NCBI GenBank assembly: GCA_030141605.1
Contig: JAQGDQ010000531.1
Coordinates: forward strand, 88,608-152,607
DNA from: Tubiluchus corallicola
Lineage: Eukaryota; Animalia; Priapulida
Direction of reading: 5' to 3'
DNA: 64,000 bases
Of the stretch, positions 36,106 through 50,149 are shown piece by piece. Each line of letters begins with the position of its first letter. The stretch's first letter is position 1. A program made the translations under genes and the position numbers. The notes beneath the pieces are model-generated. The model did no database searches. It saw nothing but the letters and a program-made list of their open reading frames with translations, and was not told the origin of the DNA.

Positions 36106-38729
36106 AAATGCATTTTGACCCATCAACTGATGATTATTACTACGCAAACATTCTACATAGTGTTTGTAAACTACATTTTTGACTTACATTATAACAGCCA
36201 GCAGTAGCTTAATAAAATAGCAAAGGTGCAGACATAATACAATGGACTTTGCGCACCAGTTTTCTAAGCGAGAATCACCCAAAATGGACGCCCAATCAAC
36301 TCGTAGCTGGTCCTCTTGATAGACATCTTCTTTCTACAGAACAACAAATCGCCTTTCAAGAGTCCCACCAGAGACGTTTTTCTGGACCCTGTTTGGTCAA
36401 AATTTCCAAAAAAACTGGGTAGCTTTGTTTGGGAAAACGCCGGTTGTGAGAAGAGCAACCGAGAAATCTAGAAGAGGATAAAATAACACAGGAAAAATGG
36501 CGCAGGAAAAATGGCACACTTGGTACAATATGTGTTTAGGATTAGAGTTAGAGCTGAGATACTTATTTTAGTTATTTTTACCTCTGAAAGGAAAATTATA
36601 CTTCAACGCAGTTTGTTTGTTTGTCTGATTATTTGGCTGGTTTTGTCTGTTACAGCAATAAGCCTATTACATAATTACTATCCAACATATTTGCATAGAA
36701 ATAAAACATTCAGAAACACTTCGTTGATGTCTCAGAGGACGTGTTTAGTACTTCCTTTTTATTATATCAAACTGGGCAAACAACAGAGAGTTAGTTATAC
36801 TTCCATTTCGAGAATTTCTCGCTTGTAAAACTGTGATAATAACCTTTGCTCCATGTGCATAGATTTATTAAGATGACTTGGTGGCTTGCAAATCAAAAAC
36901 CCTCCTTAAGTCGGCGTAGTTAAAACTACATTATGGTGCTGCAAAGTAGAATGCACCAAAAATTTGTTCAAATATCAATTTTTTGTTTTTTTTTATAAAA
37001 AAAACGCTAAATATATTCGAGTTTTATATTCTTATTATCAAGTTATCAAGAAATTATCAAGAAAATTTTCAAAAAAAATACTAAAAATTCAATTTTATAA
37101 TCCCATACCCTCTTCTCTGGCTATAAACTAGTACTGCAATTGTAAAAAACTTGTATTTTAAAACTCAGATTGTAGCTCGTAGAAGCAGTCATTTTGCTTC
37201 GTATTTTTTCTGTTGAAAAGCTTAGATCTTCTAAAACTTCGCCAGGAGAACCGTCTACTTTACTTAAACATAACTTCAATTTGTTTTCACAAAGTCCATA
37301 GCAACCAACATTTGTGCGTTTGCTAATGTTTAGAAACGCTTAGAAACGCGACAAAAACAATGGCTAACGTTATCAGTGATTTTCGCAAGGTTATGGTTTT
37401 CAGTGTGCAGCCTGCACCTCAACTTCAACGTGGATTATCTCAGCTTAAAAATAACGCAGAGCAATGAGCTTGATACCAAAATGATCCTCATGAAATGGAG
37501 ATTCGGAATGTGTGAATAACTAGAATGGCTTAATTGCCGACTTATGGACCTCTACTACAACCTCCAAAATTAGCGGTTAAAAGGTATATAGATACTATGT
37601 GGAACATCGTGCATTATTGAAATCTATTTTATGAACAAATATTAATTTGTGAGTCTTTTACTAGGCTCGGTATTGGCAGAGATCTGCTTTCTATTGAGGG
37701 CATTCTAGTTTTACCATAGAAGACAGTTGCAACAAAATAACATAAGTGCCATTTTTCCTGTAAAATTTTCTCCTACTTTCTCATTTGTGCTTATATTAAA
37801 CAAACAATATGGGGTGCTCCCCATATTGTCACTTGTAAACAACTTTAAGTCAAAATCTTCAGCACCATGGATTCTGCAGTTTAAGTCCGGATGCTGACGA
37901 CGGGCGTAAAACGTCTCTTTCCTCAACAGCTCATGCCGTGTATGAGGGGAATATCCCTCTTCCTCCTGGTCTGGTCGTGGACGGTTGCTGCAATCATATC
38001 GCAGCTTGGGGTGTTAAGTCCAGCACCCCACGAAATATTTTGTTTGTTTAATAAAAGCATTAAATTTTGTCAGTGGTGCCAGCTTTCGTAGCCGATTTTT
38101 CATTTGTTTCATTTTTTCATGTGGCATTTTTTTTCTGTTCCATTTTTACCAGTGCCATTTTTACCGCGCGCCACACGACTAGCAAAGGCCATGCAAAGAC
38201 GCCGGAAAAAGCCCACTGTGGGAAACAGTGGCATTCCGCGAATTCTAAATGAGCCGAATTGATATATATATATATATATGGATGAAGAGTGCTCAATTTC
38301 ATTCAATACCTGGCATGAACATTGAATAAGTTCAATTATATGACCTCCTTGAAAACAAAGTTAGCATAAACTTTCATCACCCTCAAGTTCCTTTTCAATG
38401 AATTATTTCTAATTTATATATTTGCATTGTAAAAGCCGCATGGCTAAAGTTGAGTTCTTATTGTTGTGGACACCGATAAAAAATAAACTGACATTAATAA
38501 ATAACATGAATGAAATGTAAGATAAACCACATGGACCTTAAGAGGCACAAACGTTGCCCAAATCCTTTCAAAAGTAACCTGACTTCCACCTTTATAGTCA
38601 TTGAGGATTTTGTTTTTCATTACCGATTTCGCTATTGTTAGTATTACTATTATTTAAAAAAAACTGCTTAAAACTTTTTCTTTAGGATAGAAGAAGGGAA
38701 TATTGTCTGATGATCTAATGCAAAAAAAG

Positions 38730-39340
38730 AGGAAAGAGAAAGGTTGCCATCATCTGCTGTAGACAAGGAATTGGCTCTTACTTTACTGTTGAAATTTCCT
38801 ACAAGAATCCTAATATTTTATAATGCAAAAAGAAATATAGTGAAGTTCTTTTAAGTGCAAAAAGAGCGCAGAAGCACAACATAAGACACACAGATTTTGT
38901 AGAGAAAATTTGTTTTATTTTCAGTAGTGAAATTAACATTGTGTTCTAATGATTGATGAGTTTGGTTTCGTAGCTTTCTCTGGGATGCTGTTATAGGAAA
39001 TTAACTTAAAACATAAAAATGGCTAAATATCAGAAACGGTTAATGCTTAAAGAAAAAATTAGAGAGAGAAGATACTGTGTGCTGCGATATGAGCATTTAG
39101 CAAAGAATACAGAAAATACTACAGCTAAATTTCTACACACATTAGCGTTTGGAGTACATTTATAAATGTGCAAAGACTGAACTAATGGTGAATGCAGAGT
39201 AAATGTTTGACTATGGTCATGATTACAGTACATGCGAAGTAAACTCGGCGACAACTGCATATAATTGGATAGGTCAAATACCTGACCATTATTTAAAAAT
39301 TGTGGAAAATTCTTGGTAAATTTGCTTGAAAACCATAAAA
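38730..39340 (+). pseudogene. Highly decayed Sulfotransfer_1 (CHST1-7 type) sulfotransferase pseudogene
   Basis: Three motifs in correct order: KRKVAIICCRQGIGSYFTVEISYKNPNIL* (5'-PSB remnant, 38730-38820), RYCVLRYEHLAKNTENTTAKFL (~39070-39130) and NSATTAYNWIGQIP..LKIVENS (~39242-39315; cf. RNSAATAEKWR). The middle of the domain appears deleted. Confidence 0.62.
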
Positions 39341-40853
39341 AATGTGGTGGAATTTTCTTCACAGAAATTTTGTCATAATGTCAGATAATTACACAAGTTG
39401 CATTACTTAATATTAACGTAAGAATCTTTCTACAAAAAATGACTGTAAAGATGGTGTTTAACTGAACTGAAAAAATGCAATAAAGTTGCACCAAACAACT
39501 GGTTAACCTTTACTGCCAATAAAGTAAAACTGTTTACTGTTAAACACAGAATCTTTCATCAAGCTCGTAAAAATTTACTTAAAAAATCAGGCATGCCAAA
39601 ACTGGCTAACGTTTGCTGTTGACATGGTAAAGTTTTTAACAAATGCTGGAAATTTTAACCATAAATACACAATATCTTCACCGCAAGATGTTCAACTGCA
39701 GAGCTACTTTTATCTAAACAAATTTTTCTAAAAAGCAGCTATATTAAAAATTTGTTCAATTTAAATTTTGACAATTACCAGGAAAATTGGCGTATATTTG
39801 CAGAATCGACCAACATACAGCAGCTACCAGAAAAATTAGACATACGACGCTGAATGCTAATCCATGTACAACAATATTTCAAACTCAATGCAAGTTGAGG
39901 GGTTATATAAATACTATTATGTTTTTGTTAAACTGTAAATATTTCTTGATAATCAACGCATGGACTACCGAACAAAAGCTGGAATTACCTGCCTACTTTA
40001 GGAAGCCCATCAGGCTGCAAAAACAATTATATATTCCTACTTTGTTGTGGCACATTGAAAGTGTGATCTATGAATTCTAAGCACAGACCTTGTTTGACAG
40101 CAAAAAGTGCCTATGCAGGTGGCCTAATGCAAGTTCCTAAATACCTTGTCCAAATGACCTACGGTCTAAATTGCCAAGTGTGAAGAGATATCCAAGGGTC
40201 CAAATTGCCTTCTGCGCAAATGACCGATGTGTCCCCAAATGTCTATGTCGAAATGTTTGCACACCTTTATGCTTGATCCCTTAATCGTCTCATAATGCCG
40301 GTTCTGTTGTTTTGTTCTTTAATTTCATTTTGTTCTATTTGCCTGTGTATTATAGAATGCCAGCTCTAGTGAGACTGCCTTTTGAATATTTACAGAATTT
40401 TACTGACACGCAAACACGAACAAAATATCACATTTTCTTTTCAAGGTAAAGTAAAAATGGCCCTTATAAGTCTTCAAATAACATAACAAGGAAGAGGCAC
40501 TTTATGTTGGGTCCCATTCAGGTCGCTTACGTTTAAAAAAGACTGATTAGTTTGCTAAAGTCGGGCGCTTATTTTCGAAATTAAAGTCAATTATCACAAA
40601 GAAAATCTGTTTTATGCTCGGATTAGCTTTTCACACGCCGAGTGTTTGCAAATTTCTGTCATTTAGGAAATCAGCTTTACAGAGTGATCATCCAGGTAGA
40701 AAAAATAAACGCTCTCTATCACTAATAGCTTTGAGGGATTAGTGCCGTTTTCAACTTATCTCCAAACACTGATAGCAATCACAATCATTTAGCATTACAC
40801 TAACCCTGCGTTCAAGGATATTCTCTATACTTTATCTGTCTCTCAGTCTTGCA

Positions 40854-40994
<141 letters not shown>

Positions 40995-43900
40995 TTCTCC
41001 TGTCTCCCCCTATTTTCTATTCATTACAACAATCTAAAAAAGTAATTGATCGGTCGATTTTTCAGTCTGTTATACGTTTATTTTTGCTGAATTTGCAGAT
41101 CGAAAGTTAATCTGATTAAAATGCTCAGATAGAATAAATTATCCTGCCTTAAACACTTGGTAGAATAATAGTCATTGTTTGCATTATTGGCGTTTTGATG
41201 CTAATCTCGTAACTTAATCCTATTATCTGCTTACTAACTCGGATTATAGAAGCAAAGCACCAAAAAAATGACAACAGAACAATTTATTATTCCTTAACAT
41301 TCCAATAGAATGCTATTACACGTTTTTGCAGCAGGGGTTTGTGGGAACAATTAGCATGACAATCGTGATAACACTTAATACCTTATAAACTGTAAAGCGA
41401 TTTTGAACAGAAACTGTAAATGGATTTTAAGCATTTTTAGCTATGATTGTAGGGTATTTGTGAAGTTTTGTTTCAAGTTTCAGATTTCACATCACTGCCA
41501 CACAGCTGCATTTACAACAAAAATTTTATTTCGATATCTTTGTGACTGCGCTTATAAAATTCAACGTGTTTTTGTCTTAACGAGTTATTATTTTGTTATT
41601 TTGATTACATCTATTTCTAGGAGTTTTTAATAGTAATAGGAATGCTAGTCTTTTTCTATTTTCTCTAGATGTTTACAAACATTCCCATAATGGCTGTTTA
41701 AAGGATAATGTCTGACGCCTGGCTATTAGGATGTATGCCAGTCACCCTTGAGTTATTATAAAAAGACCATTCAGATAATTTCTGGTGGACTAACCAGATG
41801 GCTCATTTCTAGGATTAAAGGTAGTTATCTTAGAGTTAATCTGCTTAGATGGATTAAGCTTTTGTTGTTGAGATGAGCTAGCCATGTTTGTAAATTTCAA
41901 TAATTATGGTCTGCATTCAAGCCAGAAACTTTTATCAGCAAACAAAAAAGCTTTGAAATCTTAAGCTCCTTTGCAATGCAAAACCTGCGGCATCAAGTCA
42001 AATCCTTAATCATCAACCTTCAGCTTCGAAGGCAGGGATTATGAGATGCTATAATCTGTATCTTGGCAATAGTGTGCCATTATTTAGTAATAAGTTTTAT
42101 ATTGAGAAAAGGAATGTAGGTAAACATGGAGCAGGAAAAAAGAGCATAAACGGAAATATAGGAAAAATAGCAAAATACTTGATTGTGCCATTATATTATA
42201 TGGGAGTAATGTGATTCCCTATAAAATGTCCACGTGTAACTGTGGAGCGGTCTTGCAAACTTCCCTCCATTTACAATGTGAGTGGCAGCTAGTCAATATA
42301 TCTGTTAGAAATGAATCTTTATGTCACTTAAACAACAAGATCTGGAGTGTATTATAACAATTAATTAGAATTCTTGGTCTTACTTTCAAGACAATACTTC
42401 TCTTGCTGGATTTGAGAAATGGCTTGTGATATGATGAACACACGAAACAAGGTAGTTACGCCATTGAATGTTGGACTGAGCGAAAAATTGTGATGCTTAC
42501 GAACTAGTATGACGTTCAAAAAACCTTAGCCATAAATTTCATATATGTGACAATCTATCAAAGGTCACGAGTGCAACAGAGTCTGTACTGTTTGCGCGGT
42601 CCAAACTATTTCTTAGCTACTATTTGCGGATTCGGCTTCAAAGCTGGAGTATTAAGTTTTATGAAAGCTTATTCGAGTTTTCTTTGCAGTGCGCAAACAA
42701 AAAACATGCAAAACTAGTTACTCACTACCCGCCATATTGCATAAAAATTCTTCACCGTTGATTATCAAGCTAAACCGCTCTTTCGGACAGTGCGGATTTC
42801 CTGACCAAAAATCAGTCTCTTCGTTTCAGATTCCGCGGATTATGCGGACGTGCGTAACAACTCTTGCAGATTTCCGAACCTAAAAGTTTCGCGGACACCT
42901 GGCGTGCAAATCTTCTACCTATCCATTAGCATGAGTAAATAGCCCCACTTTCCAGAGTTCATTTTACATTAATTGTGTAAGCTGTTTTTCATTCGACTCA
43001 TTTGCAAATGAAAGTTGTCTTCTCCTTTATTGTGTTATTGTGGGATTTTCTGTTAGTCAAGTGAATATAAGCTGTTTATCCTCTAGTAAAACCTGGAAGG
43101 TCATGCCCAGGATTAAACGGCAGGATATCCTACTCGTCTGGAATGATTTCTGAATACCGTGTTTGACATTATGCGATTACAACGCAGGAAAGAAAATGTT
43201 TGTCAATTTGTGAAACTCGACAAAGTGTCAGTGAAATCGAAACAGTGCGGGGTTAATAAATTGGAATAATCCAAAATCAAAATTATTTTGGATGATTATT
43301 GTGCAAATTCGGATTACGTTTTGGAATATTTTCTTGGAGAGAAATTAAAGTGGATTGCACAGAATTTGTAAGTTAATTGTTGTTTTGCATTAGATTTGCA
43401 GGGTACGCGGGCATTTCTTTCCAAATTCTTTGGTGCATCGATGTTTCTTGTCGCTATAGCACTGGCAACTCCGACATAAACGTTTTTTTGTAATTTTCTT
43501 TTTAATATAAATAAATGGATATAGGGTATACATTTTTAAATTTTCTTTTAGGATATGGCAAGGTGTTAAAGGTCCGGTTACTCCATTCGAGTATCTCACA
43601 TCTACAAATAGCCACACTGTCGTATGTCTGTTGAAGATGATCGTAGAATCTTTAACACAATGAAATATCCAATACATTTGACATTTCAAAAGTTATATAT
43701 AAGAAAAATGACAACACGAACAGACAGTACAGATTACTGATCCGAGCTAACCTACTTTGAAAGGAGAGTTACACCCCGTATTATCATGCTATGTAGTCCT
43801 TAACTCAGAGATATAAAATCATTAAACAAAGATATACTAATTAAACATTACACAGACATCGTGACACCACATGCCACGTATCTTGTCAGGGCCACCCTCA

Positions 43901-45329
43901 GCTAAAAATAATAATATTCGTTCGGCAATGGCCACTAATAAACAGAATCCTGAAAGGATCACCAACACTTACAAACTTTTAAGGGTCGCCAATACTTTCA
44001 ATTATCTGACATCCAAATCACGCTGACAGAGCTACTTCAATAAAAGTTTTAACAGACAAAAATTTTTCTCAGAGATTGTAATTTTAGTATTGTTTTCGTA
44101 CGGTTATAAAAATGATGTGGCAGTTGACAAAAGTCATTGCTTGGTCTGAGAATTTTGCAGCTTGCAAATCAAGGCGAGACATAATAAATTGTGTATGTAG
44201 TTGTCAGCGCAACAGTGAGCAAGACGAGATAAGGAAGAGATTCTGAAATAAGAAACCGTGAGTCTTCAGTCAGCACGATGCAAATGAAACCAATCTAGAG
44301 AGTGAAAATAATTAAACCAATCATCCAAATACTACAGGCGCAAAAAACGTAAATGGGGCCTGGAACAAATTATAAGAAGCGTAATATTAACTTTGTTCAG
44401 CCATTTCACTCTAATTCAATGCAATTATTTCTTTAAATGAACTGAAAAGAATTGGTTACATCCCGTTGTGACATCCCGTTGTGTTAATCTTCGTCAAATC
44501 TGAGCTTCAATGTTGGAATCAGCTGTAACGTTACTATGTTCCAAGCTTGACATCTATTATGTAAGGACAATATTTTAACCCTCTATTTCTGACTCTTGTA
44601 TGGGAATGTACTGCACATCTCAAGCTTTGTAGAAACATTTGTATTTAAATAAGAACATTTCAAAATGTATATCGCTATTGAGGACTGTTGAGAACTTTGC
44701 CGATCAATGCAAAAGAGCAACGATTTAATAACTGCCTATTGCCTGCGTAAGTAAATGCTTAGCCAGCAAATTTAACATGCAGGCCTAACACTCTAACCAC
44801 TGGATTTCGTATCTAAAGAAGTTATAGTTTTTGTGTATTTTATGTATGCAGTTACGTTACCTGCAGGCAGATTATGCTAGATTGTTACTTGAGCTGTGCT
44901 GGATTGTTACCTTAAATGCGTTCTATGTTTTTCTGTAAAACCTGCATATAACTTCTAGTAGTAAGTAGTGTTGTGTTATAATTATATTAAATATTTGTCA
45001 CCAGTGAGCAGGCAATTTAAGACAACATCTTAAAAACTTGTTTAAAGGCTTAACACATTGTGTCTACCACAAAGTTATTAATTAAGTAAAAAGTAGCTTA
45101 ATACAAATTTATATCTGTTGCATAATTATGTAACTTTTGTAATCTAAGACAAATAGCACGAAATTTCAAACTAAATGGTAATAATAGATAAATGGTGTGG
45201 GATTCATAAATTTATCGATTTTGCAATCTATTATCATACATCTCCTACTGTCGCTCCTACATGCAGTTGGTACGGAATTATTGCATGGTTTTATAGAGGT
45301 ACGAAGTACAGCACTTCTATCGTACAAGT

Positions 45330-46225
45330 CAGCATGATTCCTTAACAGCATAGCTTTATCAGGCATTATTCCAAGATAATTGTAAAAATATGTATTGAAA
45401 TCTGAAAAAAGGCTATTTTTTCCACATTAGCCTATTTTATTGGTCTTGTCCGGTATACCTTATTGGTATACCTTGTCCTGGCCAATCACTACATAAATTA
45501 CTTTCCAATATACTTTTTCCTAGTGTGGAAAATGGCTTTTGCTATATACACTGGTGCTGCTGCAGTTAGGTGCATTATATTTTCGTCTGACACATCATCT
45601 CTGCGTACTTGCAGAGATTCGAGCCAAGAACTGCTCGGGACTTTATCTTGTCTGATAAATTGTAGCTCTTTAGCTTCACGTAAGAATCTTATGTGCCAAG
45701 GCTTCGGATTTCATTACTGAATTGAAAATGTTTCCTTATCTCTTCTTTCCAATGAGCGAAGAATTTGTATCAAGCCAAATGTCCTTTTAAGCTAATATTC
45801 CTATAAGAAATGTTTGTCTTATCATGTTTATTATGTTTTTCGGTTAAATGATGAGCATTTGGAAAGAAACATTGCACCATGTTTGAGACAAACGTGCATC
45901 ATAAATCCCACGACAGTACTGGACATTGCAACGAATTAGGAAATATACTATACATTCTAAACTTTCCAGAAAGTGTAACAGTTGCTGTCAGATTATTTTC
46001 CCTTTGCTTATCCATACAGCAAGGTGTAGTGAAACAAGTTGTTGCCGAAACTTCCTGCAAACATTCTCGCTGTTATGTAACACAGAGCTGGATCTATTGA
46101 ATGCAAAATGCCTAATATTTGATGCAAAATGTAAATCTGTAGAATATTTTGATTTTGAGCCTTGCCTATGTTATAGAAAAATGGAATTTCATAATTGTAT
46201 TGAACAAAAACTAAGAAAGGCACAT
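45330..46225 (-). pseudogene. GT11 alpha-1,2-fucosyltransferase pseudogene, copy 1
   Basis: ITARMFAGSFGNNLFHYTLLYG (cf. GRLGNQMFQYA.LYG); ISLKGHLA*YKFFAHWKEEIRKHFQFS (cf. L.GYFQS.KYF..IR..F.F); LQVRRDD (cf. HVRRGD); YIAKAIFHTRKKY..IYVVIGQD; DKAMLLRNH. Multiple stops and frameshifts. Confidence 0.8.
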
Positions 46226-47586
46226 GCTTCAATGTATTAAGTGATTAAAGTGAATAATAAAAAAATAAATAACCGAGTGCGATTTCCAATAAGATTCTGC
46301 TAGATGCAGAATCTAAACTACTTGTCAAATACACACAAACAGTGATGGGAAAATTTCGTTTCTGAATTCACGGCCTTTACAGTGCACTGTTATAACTCAA
46401 AACTCAAAGTCAGGTAGGTGAGAATGCTGCGTTATTGATGACCTATTTAACTGGCACGTTTTATGCCTAATAAGTTAGAACCATCCCTGCTGTGATTAGC
46501 TGAAATCAAAATAATTTAACAGAGAATTTAATGCCATTCTTATCCAAAAATTCTTATCCAACGTCTCACACCATAAATGTGATAGCGTGTTAAGGAAGTG
46601 TAAAAGAAGATTGCCAATATGTCCCCCCGTCATGTTTTATACATTGACCGAGCAACATATAGTAAAAACTATATATGAGCTAGCTCACATCTCCCTACTG
46701 CCCAAGGAAATGATTACACAAGCAACAGGATCTTCAATTACTACAATGAACAAGACAATGTATTATTTGTGATTCTTGTCAGTGTTCTCAAGTTCTTAGG
46801 TAAACAGACTCATAGAAAATATTGTTTAATATATATATGTATACGCGTCTATTACATAGCGTTACAATGGTAATATTACCTATCAGTTCTAATCCTCGAA
46901 GAACTTGTGGAGACGTGCTGACATTGGATAACTCTGTGAAGATTTTCTTATACTGATTTATTTCAGTTTTTTGAGTGGTTGTCATGTTGCATAGGCATGA
47001 CAAATCTGTACAAAAGTATATAGCAGAGTATTTGTTTTGTAGTAATCACAAAAACTTTTATTTTAAATTCTATATTACAGATAAAGTCAAATATATGGCA
47101 ATTTCTGCACTTCCAATGAGTAGACTAAAAAACGCGCTCAATTCTGATTGGCTGACTTACTAAAATGCATATAACGAAGCCAAGTTTTACAGACAATTCT
47201 AAATAAGTACAACATTAGACTAAAGGGCAAGCAGAGAGAAACCTTCCGAACATTTCTCCCCTCTTTGATAAGTTTTAACAAAACATATCAACAAAAGCTA
47301 TTAATCTAGTCAAAATAAACAATGTAACTAGTTTTACTAAACCGTTAGTTTTCCATACAACCATCAATACACATAGCAGTGGAAGCTAAATTTTAAGTTT
47401 TGACTGTTACAAGTTATTCTAACATTTGCTAATTAAAATTTTTCATTCTGTGCTACATAACGTTTACGTTTAGCTACGAAAAACAAAATTCTTGCAAACT
47501 TTAGCAAGTAGTACGAAAACGAAAAATCGCAAAATCATAGTAATAATTTTCTGTGGTGCTGATCATCAGCAGTGTTTGTAGAAACT

Positions 47587-47724
47587 TCACTTTTTTGTCG
47601 GTTTTTCTTCCGCAATGAACTCCAGAGGCCAGAGTTTGGTAATTGGTCGTAAATGTTCACTATTGCCAATCTTCAGTTTTGCAACTCGAGTGTGCCAGTC
47701 GCTACCAAGGTAGACTTGAGTTAT
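47587..47724 (-). mobile_element. BEL/Pao Pol C-terminal (DUF5641-like) fragment
   Basis: ITQVYLGSDWHTRVAKLKIGNSEHLRPITKLWPLE matches I.EV.PG.DG.VRVA.VK......RP..KL.PLE. Confidence 0.75.
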
Positions 47725-48149
47725 GCTGGATTGTTACTTTAAGTGCGTTCTATGTTTTTCTGTAAAAGCTGCATATGACTTCTAGTAGTAAGCAGTGTTG
47801 TATTAAAGTTATATTAAATGTTTGTCACCAGTGAGCAGGCAATTTAAGACAACATCTTATAAACTTGTTTAAAGGCTTAACACATTGTGTCTACCACAAA
47901 GTTATTAATTAAGTAAAAAGTAGCTTAATACAAATTTATATCTGTTGCATAATTATGTAACTTTTGTAATCTAAGATAAATAGTACGAAATTTCAAACTA
48001 AATGGTATGAAAATTAATAATAGATAAATGGTGTGCGATTAATAAATTAATCGATTTTGCAATTCATCATTAAACACCTCCTGCTGTCGCTCCTACATGC
48101 AGTTGGTATGAATTTACTGCAGGGTTGTATAGAGGTACGAAGTACAGCA

Positions 48150-48955
48150 CTTCTATCGTACTATACCGTACTGCCAAGCTTGGCTGAGGACACCACGAGG
48201 ACACTACATAAATTACTTTCCAATATACTTTTTCCTCGTGTGGAAAATGGCTTTTGCTATATACACTGGTGCTTCTGCAGTTAGGTGCATTATATTTTCA
48301 TCTGACACATCATCTCTGCGTACTTGCAGAGATTCGAGCCAAGATCTGCTCGGGACTTTGTCTAAATTGTAGCTCTTTAGCTTCACGTAAAGAATCTTAT
48401 GTGACAAGGCCTTGGTTTCATTACTGAATTGAAATAGTTTCCTTATCTCTTCTTTCCAATGAGCGAGGAATTTGTATCAAGCCAAATGTCCTTTTAAGTT
48501 AATATTCCTATAAGAAATGTTTGTCTTATCATGTTTATTACGTTTTTCGGTTAAATGATGAGCATTTGGAAAGAAGCATTGCACCATGTTTGAGACAAAC
48601 GTGCATCATAAATCCCACGACAGTACTGGACATTGCAACGAATTAGGAAATATACTATACATTCTAAACTTTCCAGAAAGTGTAACAGTTGCTGTCAGAT
48701 TATTTTCCCTTTGCTTATCCATACAGCAAGGTGTACTGAAACAAGTTGTTGCCGAAGCTTCCTGCAAACATTCTCGCTGTTATGTAACACAGAGCTGGAT
48801 CTATTGAATGCAAAACGCATAATATTCATAATGAATGCATAGTATTTGATACAAAATGTAAATCTGCAGGATGTTTTGATATTGAGCCTTGCCTATGTTA
48901 TAGATAAATGGAATTTTATAATTGTATTGAACAAAAGCTTAGGAGGGCACATGCT
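48150..48955 (-). pseudogene. GT11 alpha-1,2-fucosyltransferase pseudogene, copy 2
   Basis: GSFGNNLFQYTLLYG near 48720-48760 and LQVRRDDVSDENIMHLTAEAPVYIAKAIFHTRKKY; duplicate of copy 1 with different indels. Confidence 0.8.
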
Positions 48956-50010
48956 TCAATGTATTAAGTGATTAAAGTGAATAATAAAAAAGTAAATAAC
49001 TGAGTGCGATTTCCAATAAGATTCTGTAAGATGCAGAATCTAAACTGCTTGTCAAATACACCCAAATAGTGATGGGCAAATTTCGTTTCTGAATTGGCAG
49101 TCTTTACAGTGCACTGTTATAACTCAAAACTCAAAGTCAGGTAGGTGAGAATGCTGCGTTATTGATGACCTATTTAACTGGCACGTTTTTGTGCCTAATA
49201 AGTTAGAACCATCCCTGCTGTGATTAGCTGAAATCAAAATAATTTAAAAGAGAATTTAATGAAATTCTAATCCAAAAATTCTTATCAACGTCTCACACCA
49301 TAAATGTGATAGCGTGTTAAGGAAGTGTTAAGAAGATTGCCAATATGTCCCCCCGTCATGTTTTAAACATTGACCGAGCAATACATAGTAAAAACTATAT
49401 ATGAGCTAGCTCACATCTCTCTACTGCCCAAGGAAATGATTACACAAGCATTTCACATATTGCCAATATGTCCCCCCGTCATGTTTTATACATTGACCGG
49501 GCAATATATAGTAAGAACTATATATGAGCTAGCTCACATCTCTCTACTGCCCAAGGAAATGATTACACAAGCAACAGGATCTTTAATTACTACAATGATT
49601 GTTGTCAGTGTTCGCAAGTTCTTACGTAAAAAGACTCATAGAAAACTTTGTTTAATATACGCGTCTATTACATAGCGTTACAATGGTAATATTACCTATC
49701 AGTTCTAATCCTCGAAGAACTTGTGGAGACGTGCTGACATTGGATAACTCTGTGAAGATTTTCTTATACTGATTTATTTCAGTTTTTTGAGTGGTTGTCA
49801 GGTTGCATAGGCATGACAAATCTGTACAAAAGTATATAGCAGAGTATTTGTTTTGAAGTAATCACAAAAACTTTCATATTAAATTCAGTATTACAGATAA
49901 AGCCAAATATGTGGCAATTTCTTCGCTTCCAATGAGTAGACTAAAGAACGTGCATAAATCATAGTAATAATTTTCTGTGGTGCTGATCATCTGCAGTGTT
50001 TGTAGAAACT

Positions 50011-50149
50011 TCACTTTTTTTGTCGGTTTTTCTTCAGCAATGAACTACAGAGGACAGAGTTTGGTAATTGGTCGTAAAAGTTCACTATTGCCAATCTTCA
50101 GTTTTGCAACTCGAGTGTGCCAGTCGCTACCAAGGTAGACTTGAGTTAT
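50011..50149 (-). mobile_element. BEL/Pao Pol C-terminal fragment, duplicated copy
   Basis: Near-identical to 47587-47724. Confidence 0.72.

Noticed and set aside
35717-36182. His/Thr/Pro-rich mucin-like ORFs as a possible glycan acceptor protein
   Set aside because: Overlapping ORFs in all three frames arise because the CA-rich strand lacks stops; no signal peptide or splice evidence.
41670-41920. Possible LINE reverse transcriptase remnant (NLLRWIKLLL)
   Set aside because: One weak motif only; not enough to call.
45879-48842. Repeated plus-strand ORFs MFETNVHH.. and MQRIRKY..
   Set aside because: Antisense shadows of the duplicated GT11 pseudogene.
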